Below, piece after piece: positions 52,219 through 61,646 of a stretch of DNA of 64,000 nt. A program made the position numbers and the translations under genes. Positions within the stretch are counted from its first letter, which is position 1. Every line of letters starts with the position of its first letter. The notes under the pieces are model-generated. The model saw nothing but the letters and a program-made list of their open reading frames with translations. It searched no databases and was not told the DNA's origin. Source of the DNA: Eubacteriales bacterium (GTDB lineage: Bacteria; Bacillota; Clostridia; Lachnospirales; Lachnospiraceae); assembly GCA_030536755.1 (NCBI GenBank), contig JAUNPJ010000007.1, forward strand, positions 2,115 through 66,114, written 5' to 3'.

Positions 52219-52824
52219 CTACATAAGATGCCACTTAATCTCAAGTGTACCTTCCTGAATGTGAAATTCCTCAAAATAAGCTTCTTCCTTTGGAATCCAT
52301 TTTTCCGCAAAATCCTTTGCCTTTTCCACGCCATTTCGTTTTATAATGTTTTTCATCTGAGCCTCTTTAGAAATATTCATAAAAATCCGCAGATCATATG
52401 GATTTTTAAAATAGGGATGCATGCTGTATGATCCTTCTATAACATTCAACTTTTTATATGGAATCTGATACGCTCCCATAAGCTTCCATTCGCTGCAGCT
52501 AAACGGCTGATATACAATATCTTCTTTTTTTTGAATTGTCTGCAGCACTGTCTGAAAAAAGCGTTCATAGTCCACATTTCCGCCAATCTCTTTCATTCTT
52601 TCCGGTGTTCGCTGCTCCTGTCTTAAGAAAAAATCATCCATATGAAACAGATTGCAGTCAAATACCTGATGCAGATACTCTCCCAGCGTTGTTTTTCCGC
52701 TTCCGCATCTGCCGTCAATGGCAACCAGTATCGGCGTATCGGTGTTCCTTTGTTTTTCCAGAAGCAGCTTTATGGCATCCAACGCTGGTTGAAATCTCTC
52801 CCTGCACGTTTTTTTTAATTCCAT
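52219..52824 (-). CDS. P-loop nucleoside/nucleotide kinase family protein (uridine-kinase-like)
   Basis: Walker A IDGRCGSGKTT. GGAGAGAGG RBS precedes the ATG at 52824 (the ORF start at 52839 is a TTG). Confidence 0.65.
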   Translation of the reverse strand: MELKKTCRERFQPALDAIKLLLEKQRNTDTPILVAIDGRCGSGKTTLGEYLHQVFDCNLFHMDDFFLRQEQRTPERMKEIGGNVDYERFFQTVLQTIQKKEDIVYQPFSCSEWKLMGAYQIPYKKLNVIEGSYSMHPYFKNPYDLRIFMNISKEAQMKNIIKRNGVEKAKDFAEKWIPKEEAYFEEFHIQEGTLEIKWHLM

Positions 52825-52845
52825 ATTTCCTCTCTCCAATCACGA

Positions 52846-53397
52846 TCATCCTTCTGCATATGCTGCCTCAATCACTCCTGCCGCATATAAACGATTCACT
52901 AATACAGGAATCAGAACAAGCTGAATCACGATTCCAGGAACTGCATTTACAAATCCTGCCATGAAAAAAATCTTCCACGTAAATTCTGCTCCCATTAATC
53001 CATACACAGCCGCTGAAACAAGTCCCCATATACCTCTTCCAGCCAACATTGCTGCGATCAAAGAAATATATAACGATTTCATATCTTTGTATATTTTCTT
53101 TGACAGAAAGCCAGCCACAAATCCATATGCTGCCAGTTCAAATGCCATGCAAACTGCATTCGGCATCATCACAGGCATCCCAAATGTTACACTTCGAAGC
53201 AGCGGTGTAATAAATCCAACGATCAATCCATATGGCCATCCACAGATAAATCCACATAACAAAACCGGAATATGCATTGGACAGAGCATCTTTCCAACTG
53301 TCGGAATATTCATTGTGACACATGGAAGCAACAGCCCGATTGCCAAAAATATCGCTGACAAAATTGTCATTTGTAAATTCATTTTCCTCTTCATCAT
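52846..53397 (-). CDS. ECF transporter S component (substrate unknown)
   Basis: About 6-TM small membrane protein (LLPCVTMNIPTVGKMLCPMHIPVLLCGFICGWPYG). GGAGGG RBS precedes the ATG at 53397. Confidence 0.65.
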   Translation of the reverse strand: MMKRKMNLQMTILSAIFLAIGLLLPCVTMNIPTVGKMLCPMHIPVLLCGFICGWPYGLIVGFITPLLRSVTFGMPVMMPNAVCMAFELAAYGFVAGFLSKKIYKDMKSLYISLIAAMLAGRGIWGLVSAAVYGLMGAEFTWKIFFMAGFVNAVPGIVIQLVLIPVLVNRLYAAGVIEAAYAEG

Positions 53398-53475
53398 AAA
53401 ACCCTCCATAATTTTTGTCTTGCTTTTATTTTTTCACATTATAGCATAATTCCTCTTTCTGCATACAAATTTTTC

Positions 53476-53491
53476 ATCAAACGTTTGCGTA
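53476..53491. promoter_or_regulatory. Candidate LacI-family operator ATCAAACGTTTGCGTA in the divergent lacI / ECF-S intergenic region
   Basis: Palindromic core CAAACGTTTG plus GCGT, with a second palindrome TTGCGCAA at 53497-53504. Related sites lie at 37045-37060 and 42274-42286. Confidence 0.45.
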
Positions 53492-53586
53492 GTTTTTTGC
53501 GCAATTTTTGTGTATACTATGATAAGATATAGACAAATAAAAACAAGGTATTCTATAACAAAATCAGAAAGGCAAGGTGCCACGCT

Positions 53587-54591
53587 ATGACATTAAAAGA
53601 TATCGCAAAGGAAGCCGGCGTATCCATTTCCACCGTCTCCAGGGTCATTAATGGAAATTCATCCAACGCTGCAAGCAAACAGATGCAGGATAAAATATGG
53701 AAAATCGCACGTGCCGGCGGTTATGTTCCAAATGTCTCTGCCCAGGCATTAAAACAAAAAACTTCCAAACATACACGCCATCACTCTATCGCCTGTGTAT
53801 ATGCCCGCACACAGGATGCACAAAACGATGCTTTTTTTTCCACGCTCACAAGAAGTATGGAACAGGAAGCCCTAAAAGAAGGATATATCGTAAAATATTC
53901 TTTCTCGGCAATCGATATCCACAATCCTGTCACACAGAACCAGATTATGAACAACGAAGTAGATGGCGCCGCTATTTTGGGCCGATGTGACAAGGAAACT
54001 TTAAAGTTTATGAAAAATCATTTCCGCAAAGTTATTTATACCGGATTAAATCCACTTGATGCTGACTATGACCAGGTCATCTGCGATGGCAATGCAGTTG
54101 CTTCCGATGCTGTCAACCACTTAATCTCGCTTGGTCATTCAAAAATCGGCTATATCGGTGAAACAAAAAATGAAATTCGTTATGAAGCCTACTGCAACAC
54201 CCTAAAAAAACACAGGATTCCTTTTGACAAAAATGTCATTGCAAATGTGACTGGCTGCTCCGAGGGTGGATATGAAGGTGCCAAGCGCGTGCTGGAGCGT
54301 TCTTCCGAAGTAACTGCGTTTTTCTGTATGAACGATATTACTGCGATTGGTGCAATCCGTGCAATCCATGAATGCGGTTATCAGATTCCATCTGACATTG
54401 CAGTGATCAGCATGGATGACATTGAGATTGCCCAGTATATCTCACCAATGCTTACCACGATGCATATTCCGATTGAAGAAATGGGAAAAATGACTGCTAA
54501 AATACTAATCGACCGCATTAATAATGGGCACACGCTCCCATTAAAGATGTCACTGCCTTATTATATGGCAAAAAGAGAAAGCTGCCCGTAA
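53587..54591 (+). CDS. LacI family transcriptional regulator
   Basis: N-terminal HTH MTLKDIAKEAGVSISTVSRVING and a periplasmic-binding-fold effector domain. Confidence 0.9.
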   Translation: MTLKDIAKEAGVSISTVSRVINGNSSNAASKQMQDKIWKIARAGGYVPNVSAQALKQKTSKHTRHHSIACVYARTQDAQNDAFFSTLTRSMEQEALKEGYIVKYSFSAIDIHNPVTQNQIMNNEVDGAAILGRCDKETLKFMKNHFRKVIYTGLNPLDADYDQVICDGNAVASDAVNHLISLGHSKIGYIGETKNEIRYEAYCNTLKKHRIPFDKNVIANVTGCSEGGYEGAKRVLERSSEVTAFFCMNDITAIGAIRAIHECGYQIPSDIAVISMDDIEIAQYISPMLTTMHIPIEEMGKMTAKILIDRINNGHTLPLKMSLPYYMAKRESCP

Positions 54592-54640
54592 GACAACTTT
54601 CTCTTTTCCTATTCATGAGATTTTTTCATCCAGCTTGCTT

Positions 54641-56647
54641 TTATTGCGTAATTTCTTCGATCTCTCTCATCCAGAGTGTGGAGCATGCATCACTCGGCAT
54701 ACGCAGATCGCCTCTCGGAGATACCGCAACGCTTCCCACTTTCGGGCCATCCGGCAGACAGGAGCGTTTGAAATGCTGCATAAAGAAACGGCGATAGAAC
54801 GTTTTCAGCCACTTCAAAATGGTCTCATCGTCATACTCTCCCCCAAATGCAATCTTCGCCATCCGGTAAATCTTCTTCGGCGGGAAGGTCCAGCGGAGCA
54901 TATAGTATAAGAAGAAATCATGAAGCTCATACGGTCCCACCAGATCTTCTGTCTTCTGAGAAATCACACCATCCTTCGGAGGCAGAAGTTCCGGACTTAC
55001 CGGTGTATCCAGAATGTCCAGAAGGACACTCTCCAGCTGCTCATCTTCACAGGTGTCCGCATAATATTTTACAAGGTGACGTACCAGTGTCTTCGGAACA
55101 GAAGCGTTCACCCCATACATGGACATATGGTCGCCATTGTAGGTTGCCCATCCAAGTGCCAGTTCAGACAGATCTCCCGTTCCGATTACGATGCCGCCCG
55201 TCTGGTTTGCCACATCCATCAGAATCTGTGTCCGCTCTCTTGCCTGAGAATTTTCATAAGTAACATCATGTTTCTCCGGGTCATGTCCGATATCACGAAA
55301 ATGCACATGGACTGCTTCTTTGATATTGACCTCGCGCAGCGTTGCGCCAAGCTTTTCGCTCAGCAGGCAGGCATTGTTATACGTTCTGTCTGTTGTTCCG
55401 AAACATGGCATCGTGACTGCTGTAATCTTTTTCCTCGGGATTCCGAGCATATCAAATGCTCTTGCCGTTACCAGCAGTGCCAGCGTGGAGTCAAGTCCGC
55501 CGGAAAGTCCAATGACAGCACTCTGCCCGTGAATGTGTGCCAGACGAGTTTTCAGTCCCATCGCCTGAATATTCAGGATTTCATCGCATCTTCTGTCTCG
55601 CTCTTCTTTCACGCCCGGTACGAAAGGTTTTGGATCAAAGGTTCTGTCAAGCTTTGTCTCCTCTTTCTCAATCTGGAACTCTGCTTCATCATAAAAAATG
55701 TTATTTTCATCCTTGTCCCCCGTAAACAGATACGTGGTCATTCTGCGCCGCTCGTTAACAAGACGCTGCAGATCCAGATCTGCATAAACGGCTCCGGAAG
55801 TAAAACGTTTGCTCTCAGCCAGAAGCACACCATTTTCTGCAATCAGGTTATGTCCGCCATAAACAACATCCTGCGTGGATTCTCCTTCGCCGGCAGAAGC
55901 ATAGATATAGCCGCAGAGCAGTCTTGCCGACTGGTTGCTGATCAGACTTCTGCGATAGGAATCCTTACCGACTACTTCATCGCTGGCAGACAGATTGACA
56001 ATGAGTGTCGCACCGTTTAACGCATGCTGTACACTTGGCGGATTCGGTGCCCACAAGTCCTCGCAGATTTCCACAGCAACCTTCAGAGACGGCATCTGTG
56101 AACAGGTAAACAGCATGGTGGAGCAAATCGGTACTTCACAGTTGCGGAACTCATCTTCATCCACATCTTCTTCCTCATTCTCCATATCGAAGAAAGAGAT
56201 CTCTTCAAATGGTTCTGGCTTCAGCTGCACCATACCGTCAACATCTGCACCGGATGTAAAATAGCGTCCTTCATAAAATTCATTGTAATTGGGAAGGTGA
56301 ATCTTCGGCACCAGTCCAAGAATCTCACCGCGGTTGATTCCCGCTGCCGCATTGTATAACTTGCCCTTATACTCGATTGGCAGTCCCACAAAAATCAGCG
56401 CATCCAAATTCGCCGTCTCATCAGCAATGCGCAGAAGCTGTGCTTTTGCCTCCTCCAGAAGCAATTCCTGCCAGAACAGATCTCCGCAGGTGTATGCAGT
56501 GATACAAAGCTCCGGCATCACAATGACCTTTGCGCCCTTTGCAGCCATTTTCTTTGCAAGGCTGATAATCTCCGTGGCATTGTACTCACAGTCTGCCACT
56601 TTTACCTTCGGTGTTCCGGCACCGACTTTCACAAATCCATCTTTCAT
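54641..56647 (-). CDS. nadE: Glutamine-dependent NAD+ synthetase (long form, CN-hydrolase + synthetase domains)
   Basis: 668 aa. N-terminal nitrilase-like domain (ELCITAY...EICEDLW) and a C-terminal PP-loop (GLSGGLDS). Confidence 0.9.
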   Translation of the reverse strand: MKDGFVKVGAGTPKVKVADCEYNATEIISLAKKMAAKGAKVIVMPELCITAYTCGDLFWQELLLEEAKAQLLRIADETANLDALIFVGLPIEYKGKLYNAAAGINRGEILGLVPKIHLPNYNEFYEGRYFTSGADVDGMVQLKPEPFEEISFFDMENEEEDVDEDEFRNCEVPICSTMLFTCSQMPSLKVAVEICEDLWAPNPPSVQHALNGATLIVNLSASDEVVGKDSYRRSLISNQSARLLCGYIYASAGEGESTQDVVYGGHNLIAENGVLLAESKRFTSGAVYADLDLQRLVNERRRMTTYLFTGDKDENNIFYDEAEFQIEKEETKLDRTFDPKPFVPGVKEERDRRCDEILNIQAMGLKTRLAHIHGQSAVIGLSGGLDSTLALLVTARAFDMLGIPRKKITAVTMPCFGTTDRTYNNACLLSEKLGATLREVNIKEAVHVHFRDIGHDPEKHDVTYENSQARERTQILMDVANQTGGIVIGTGDLSELALGWATYNGDHMSMYGVNASVPKTLVRHLVKYYADTCEDEQLESVLLDILDTPVSPELLPPKDGVISQKTEDLVGPYELHDFFLYYMLRWTFPPKKIYRMAKIAFGGEYDDETILKWLKTFYRRFFMQHFKRSCLPDGPKVGSVAVSPRGDLRMPSDACSTLWMREIEEITQ

Positions 56648-56683
56648 CTCTTCCTCCGTTCTGTGTGCTCGTTTCTCACACGA

Positions 56684-57562
56684 TTATCTGCATCGTTTTA
56701 AGATTGCCTTTAATTCTTCGATGGTAAATACATAATTGGTATTGCAGAAATGGCAGTTGAGCTCTACCGGCTTGCCATCTGCGATCATCTGTTTGATTTC
56801 CTGTTTTCCAATGCTGATGAGTGCTTTTTCGACTCTCGCCTTGTCGCAGTTACAGTAAAACTCCACTGGAAGCGTATCATTCATCTCCACGCCGAGATTG
56901 CCCAGAAGACGCTGCAGCAGGTCCTCCGGTGACATTCCCTCATCCAGAAGAGCCGTCACAGACGTAATCTCTTTGAGATTTTCTTCCAGTGCAGAAATCA
57001 CAGACTCCTCCGCAAACGGCATCAGCTGAATGATCCATCCGCCCGCCTGGCGAACCGTATTGTCCCGGTTCATCAGTACACCGAGACCTACCGTGGACGG
57101 CACCTGCTCACTTGCCGCAAAATAATACGTCAGGTCATCTCCGATCTCACCAGTCTTTAATTCTGTCTGACCCAGATAAGGCTCTTTCAATCCCATGTCT
57201 TTGATGACATTCAAAAATCCGATTCCAACGGCAGAACCAACGTCAAGCTTTCCTTTGTCATTCGGAGGCAGGATGACGGATGGGTTTCCCACATAGCCTT
57301 TTACATGTCCCTGAGAATCTGCCGTCACGGTCAGACCGTTTAACGGACCGCTGGCATGAATCTGCAAAGTCAGAAGATCCTTCTCCCCTTTCATCATCGC
57401 GCCCATCATCGCACCGGCAGACAGCAGCCGTCCCAATGCTGCCGTTGCCACAGGGCTTGTGTCATGCGCCTTTCTGGCAGCCTCCACCGTATCTCTTGAA
57501 GTAATGGCAAACGCCCGGATCTGACTGTTTGCCGCCGTTGCTCGAACAATATAATCTCCCAT
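56684..57562 (-). CDS. hslO: Hsp33 family redox-regulated chaperone
   Basis: N-terminus MGDYIVRATAANSQIRAFA and the C-terminal zinc motif CNCDK...CHFCN. GGAGA RBS precedes the ATG at 57562; the long upstream extension was rejected. Confidence 0.85.
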   Translation of the reverse strand: MGDYIVRATAANSQIRAFAITSRDTVEAARKAHDTSPVATAALGRLLSAGAMMGAMMKGEKDLLTLQIHASGPLNGLTVTADSQGHVKGYVGNPSVILPPNDKGKLDVGSAVGIGFLNVIKDMGLKEPYLGQTELKTGEIGDDLTYYFAASEQVPSTVGLGVLMNRDNTVRQAGGWIIQLMPFAEESVISALEENLKEITSVTALLDEGMSPEDLLQRLLGNLGVEMNDTLPVEFYCNCDKARVEKALISIGKQEIKQMIADGKPVELNCHFCNTNYVFTIEELKAILKRCR

Positions 57563-57575
57563 GTTAATCTCCATT

Positions 57576-58343
57576 CTATTTTCTCTTTTTTCCTTTTTCC
57601 CGCGCCACCACATATATGCGCTCGCTGTCCTTGCGCGGTGCATCATGGGTAAACGCATCATAAGCAGTGATATATTCCATTCCTGCCTCTTCAAGCAGTG
57701 TCTGAATCTCTTCCAGCGTATATGCCTGCTGATAATGAATCTCTTCGTATTTGCGGCACAGATCGTCCTCCACCGGAATAAAAAGAGCAAGCTGGTATAC
57801 ATTCAATCCAGTCTCTTCGTCATACTGATTCTCCCAGATAAAGCTTCCCTCATCCCGGTTCTCCGCAATGGTATTATCTCCAAGAAGATGCTCATATTTG
57901 TAAACCGTATTCAGATCAAAAATAAAAATTCCGCCCGGATCCAGATAGTTGTTCACCAGCCGGAACACCTCCAAAAGGTCTTCTTCCTCTGTGATATAAT
58001 TTATGGAATCGCAGATGCTGACAACCGCTTTCACCGTTCCATACAATTCAAATTCCCGCATATCCTGCAGCAGATACAGAATATCATGACCGGATTCCTG
58101 TTTTTTATCCATAGCCTTTTGCAGCATCTGAGGTGCATTGTCAATTCCAATCATATCATATCCTCTGGCAGCCAAAAGCTCTGTCATGCTTCCTGTTCCG
58201 CAGCCAAGTTCCAGCACCAGTCCGTCCTGCACACCGTATTCTCTTAAGAGTCCTGTCAGATACTCACACCACTGTTCATACGGGATGTTGTCCATGAACA
58301 TATCATAGACCCTGGCAAAATCACCATATGCTTCCATTTTCAC
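57576..58343 (-). CDS. Class I SAM-dependent methyltransferase
   Basis: Motif I VLELGCGTGS. The start is either the GTG at 58343 or the ATG at 58337. Confidence 0.8.
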   Translation of the reverse strand: MKMEAYGDFARVYDMFMDNIPYEQWCEYLTGLLREYGVQDGLVLELGCGTGSMTELLAARGYDMIGIDNAPQMLQKAMDKKQESGHDILYLLQDMREFELYGTVKAVVSICDSINYITEEEDLLEVFRLVNNYLDPGGIFIFDLNTVYKYEHLLGDNTIAENRDEGSFIWENQYDEETGLNVYQLALFIPVEDDLCRKYEEIHYQQAYTLEEIQTLLEEAGMEYITAYDAFTHDAPRKDSERIYVVAREKGKKRK

Positions 58344-58450
58344 ATAAATCCTTTCTTTCTGAATCGTTGTTTCCCCGAAAATAATTATACTATTATCGAT
58401 GAAAAATGTACAGTTCTGCTTTCAAATCTGGCTTATTTCAAATTCGTATC

Positions 58451-58468
58451 GTTACTGTTCACAGTAAC
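58451..58468. mobile_element. 18-bp palindromic remnant (paired TIR cores) of the mini-MITE family with an 8-bp TSD
   Basis: GTTACTGT-TC-ACAGTAAC, flanked by the perfect direct repeat TTCGTATC at 58443-58450 and 58469-58476. Confidence 0.5.
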
Positions 58469-58507
58469 TTCGTATCACATTTACACTTTTTCTGTCCGAT
58501 ATCCATA

Positions 58508-58536
58508 TTGACATAAAAATGCATATGCTATAGAAT
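58508..58536 (+). promoter_or_regulatory. Sigma-A promoter for the MATE transporter gene
   Basis: TTGACA, 17 nt, TAGAAT. Confidence 0.6.
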
Positions 58537-58603
58537 GTTTTCTGCTTTTCGTATATAATTTTTTTATATATCATTTTTATCAATCACACAAAGGAGAACA
58601 ATT

Positions 58604-59962
58604 ATGAGTCAACCTCAAGCTGTCGAAAACAAAATGGGCACGATGCCCATCCCAAAACTTCTTTTTAGTATGTCTCTGCCGCTTATGCTTTCCATGCTGG
58701 TACAGGCACTCTATAACATCGTGGACAGTATTTTTGTATCCATGATCAATGAAAATGCACTGACTGCTGTATCTTTGATCTTTCCTGTTCAAAACCTGAT
58801 GATTGCTCTTGCCGCCGGCACTTCTGTCGGTGTCAATGCACTTCTGTCACGAAATCTTGGAGAGCAGGATTTTGAGGGTGCCAACAAAGCTGCCATCAAC
58901 GGACTGTTTCTGTCACTGCTCAGTTATATCGCCGTTGCCGTTCTTGGCGGTTCTCTGTCACACTGTTTCCTTTCGGTTCAGACAAACGATCCGCAGATTG
59001 TCACTTACGGAACTACCTATATGCGCATCATCACCGTCTGCAGCTTCGGATGTTTCCTTCAGATCATGCTGGAGCGTCTCCTGCAGTCCACCGGGCGCAC
59101 CGTCTGCACCATGGTCACACAGGCTACCGGAGCCATCATCAATATTATCATGGATCCGATTCTGATCTTCGGTATTGGCATTTTCCCGAAAATGGGCGTT
59201 GCCGGCGCTGCCATTGCCACCGTATTCGGACAGATCGTAGCCATGATCCTGGCACTGATCATGAACCTCAAGGTAAACAAAGACATTCAGCTGCATTTTC
59301 GAAGCTTCCGCCCCTGTGCATCGACCATCGGACGTATCTATGAGGTAGGTGTACCGAGTATTGTCATGCAGTCCATCGGCTCTGTCATGACCTTTGGTTT
59401 TAACAAAATCCTTCTTATGTTCACGCCGACAGCTACCGCCGTATTCGGTGTTTACTTCAAACTCAACAGTTTTATTTTCATGCCGATTTTTGGTCTGAAT
59501 AACGGAATGGTGCCGATTGTCGCTTACAACTACGGAGCCCGCAACAAAAGACGTATCATTCAGACAGTCAAACTCAGTGTCGCTTCTGCAGTCAGCCTGA
59601 TGCTGATCGGACTTGCACTGTTTATCCTGATTCCAGACAAGCTTCTTGGACTGTTTCACGCTTCTTCCGAAATGCTTGCCATCGGCGTTCCGGCGCTGCG
59701 GATCATCTGCCTGAGTTTCCTGTTTGCCGGCTACTGTATCATCGTCGGTTCGGTCTTCCAGGCTCTTGGAAACGGTGTGTACAGTCTGATCGTCTCTCTG
59801 GCAAGACAGATCTTTGCTATCCTGCCATCCGCCTATATTCTCGCCAAGATTTTTGGTCTTCATGCGGTATGGTGGTCCTTCCCGATTGCCGAACTGGTAT
59901 CGGTAGCCATGACAACCATTTTCTTTCGCAGGATTTACCGCGAAAAACTGGAACATCTTTAA
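58604..59962 (+). CDS. MATE family efflux transporter
   Basis: 452 aa, 12 TM (PIPKLLFSMSLPLMLSMLVQALYNIVDSIFV). AAGGAGAA RBS. Confidence 0.9.
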   Translation: MSQPQAVENKMGTMPIPKLLFSMSLPLMLSMLVQALYNIVDSIFVSMINENALTAVSLIFPVQNLMIALAAGTSVGVNALLSRNLGEQDFEGANKAAINGLFLSLLSYIAVAVLGGSLSHCFLSVQTNDPQIVTYGTTYMRIITVCSFGCFLQIMLERLLQSTGRTVCTMVTQATGAIINIIMDPILIFGIGIFPKMGVAGAAIATVFGQIVAMILALIMNLKVNKDIQLHFRSFRPCASTIGRIYEVGVPSIVMQSIGSVMTFGFNKILLMFTPTATAVFGVYFKLNSFIFMPIFGLNNGMVPIVAYNYGARNKRRIIQTVKLSVASAVSLMLIGLALFILIPDKLLGLFHASSEMLAIGVPALRIICLSFLFAGYCIIVGSVFQALGNGVYSLIVSLARQIFAILPSAYILAKIFGLHAVWWSFPIAELVSVAMTTIFFRRIYREKLEHL

Positions 59963-59974
59963 TCACACAAATGC

Positions 59975-60014
59975 CGAAAGGCTGTTGTACCAAACGTTGT
60001 ACAACAGCCTTTCG
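59975..60014. terminator. Bidirectional hairpin between the convergent MATE and membrane-protein genes
   Basis: CGAAAGGCTGTTGTAC (59975-59990) pairs with GTACAACAGCCTTTCG (59999-60014). U-tracts are modest. Confidence 0.6.
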
Positions 60015-60017
60015 TAT

Positions 60018-60677
60018 TTACTCGCCTCGTTTTTCTTTCAACTTTTTCTGTCTTTTTTCCACATCGGGATCTTTCTTCATATTTCCATACTGGAAACGGA
60101 TACCAAGTGCTGCAGTCACCGCACCGGCTACAACCGCAATAAAAGGATTCCCCACCTTCAAAAGCATGCAGACAACTTTTGCAGCCCCCAGACCGCCGCA
60201 GATACCGGTCACCCAGGTAACCAGCAGATCCTCGTAGGTAAACGCAGCAATTCCTGCCACGATTCCAAGCGCAACAAATCCCATATGTACTGCCATCGAT
60301 GCCATCGGGAACAAAACCTCAAACGTCAGAAATACAACGCCGCCGCACAGAATCACCAGCCCCAGCCGATAGACAAGATTCGCCAGCATGGCTACTGCCA
60401 TACCGCATCCTACTGCAATGATAAAAATCGTATTCTTATCACGAAACGTCTTCAAAGCAAACGCGCCTCCGGCAATACCGCCGATCACCAGTGCGATAAT
60501 GCTCATCCACAGACGCATCATCTGGTATCCCCAAAAGCAGTTTAAAATGGCAAATACAACAGCCGCAGCCATCACTGCCGTCATAATCATATTCCAATTG
60601 CTCTCAATCTTATCCCAGTATCCCATGTACATCAGGCGTTCCCGGAATATATCCAGCTTACTCAAATATTGTTCCAT
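60018..60677 (-). CDS. Multi-TM membrane protein (DUF4203/TMEM198-like), lysine-rich C-terminal tail
   Basis: About 7 glycine/alanine-rich TM helices. GGAGGAGG RBS. Confidence 0.6.
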   Translation of the reverse strand: MEQYLSKLDIFRERLMYMGYWDKIESNWNMIMTAVMAAAVVFAILNCFWGYQMMRLWMSIIALVIGGIAGGAFALKTFRDKNTIFIIAVGCGMAVAMLANLVYRLGLVILCGGVVFLTFEVLFPMASMAVHMGFVALGIVAGIAAFTYEDLLVTWVTGICGGLGAAKVVCMLLKVGNPFIAVVAGAVTAALGIRFQYGNMKKDPDVEKRQKKLKEKRGE

Positions 60678-60744
60678 AATCTTCCTCCTCCCTGTTTTTC
60701 AAGGCGGTTTCATTATAGCACATTTTCCTGTTCCGTCAAAACCT

Positions 60745-61320
60745 TTATCTGCGAATCAGAAAATGCTGCCGATAAGCCTCCGGTTTTACCAGCACCTGAT
60801 AAATCTCTTTTAACTTCTGCGCAGCCAAAGCGGAATCGGCTTTTGCCTTACATCCTTTCGCCATGATCACATATTCCACCCCAAACAGTCTCGTGGTAAA
60901 ATCACATTTTGTCATTCCACATTTTTCTTCATAAAATCTGACACGGCGCAGTTTTTTCTGATGATCTTGCTCATTCTCAAAAAACTCCGGATTTTCTGAC
61001 TCCAAAATCACCATCTCGTACTCCTGATAGATCTGCCACAGCATCGCCAGAGCCTTCTGTCCGTAACCTTTTCCCCGCATATCAGAGGCTACTGCAAAAT
61101 AATCCAGCAGCACAGCATCTCTGTTCCTGTTCTCAGAACACAATGCATATCCGATAAAACGACCTTCCTCATGAAAGGCAAAGCTATCATACAGTCCCAG
61201 ATTCATCATCCGCTCAATGTGACTGAATGGTTTTAATTCGATTGGCGGAAAATCCTTTCTCATATACGTTTCATAAATCTCCAGTGTTTCCTCCACTGTC
61301 AATCTCTTATAATTACACAT
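60745..61320 (-). CDS. GNAT family N-acetyltransferase
   Basis: Acetyl-CoA motif MRGKGYGQKALAML. GGGAGG RBS precedes the ATG at 61320. Confidence 0.8.
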   Translation of the reverse strand: MCNYKRLTVEETLEIYETYMRKDFPPIELKPFSHIERMMNLGLYDSFAFHEEGRFIGYALCSENRNRDAVLLDYFAVASDMRGKGYGQKALAMLWQIYQEYEMVILESENPEFFENEQDHQKKLRRVRFYEEKCGMTKCDFTTRLFGVEYVIMAKGCKAKADSALAAQKLKEIYQVLVKPEAYRQHFLIRR

Positions 61321-61604
61321 AAGACCTCCCAAATTTTCAACAATGTTAGAGTTGTCCACTATCCTATCACAAATCCTGCTCTTTTTCCACCAATATTTTT
61401 CCAATTTCCACAAAATCTTATTTATAAAATTCTTTTTATAGTTATTCACGTTTCTTTAACTTTTTAATCACAATTTGAACACAATTGAACGGTATATTAA
61501 TACTTGTAAAAGCCGTAAGGACTTTTTCATATAATTTTTCTTTTTCATATGCCGGGTCGCGAGGCCCGGCTCTTCCTTCAAAGTTTTACCATTTTATATG
61601 TAAA

Positions 61605-61637
61605 CATAAAAACGCTGCAGACTTTTTCATCTGCAGC
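61605..61637 (-). terminator. Intrinsic terminator after the sigma-like gene
   Basis: GCTGCAGA pairs with TCTGCAGC (61614-61637). The minus-sense hairpin is followed by GTTTTTATGTTT. Confidence 0.7.
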
Positions 61638-61646
61638 ACTTCTTTT

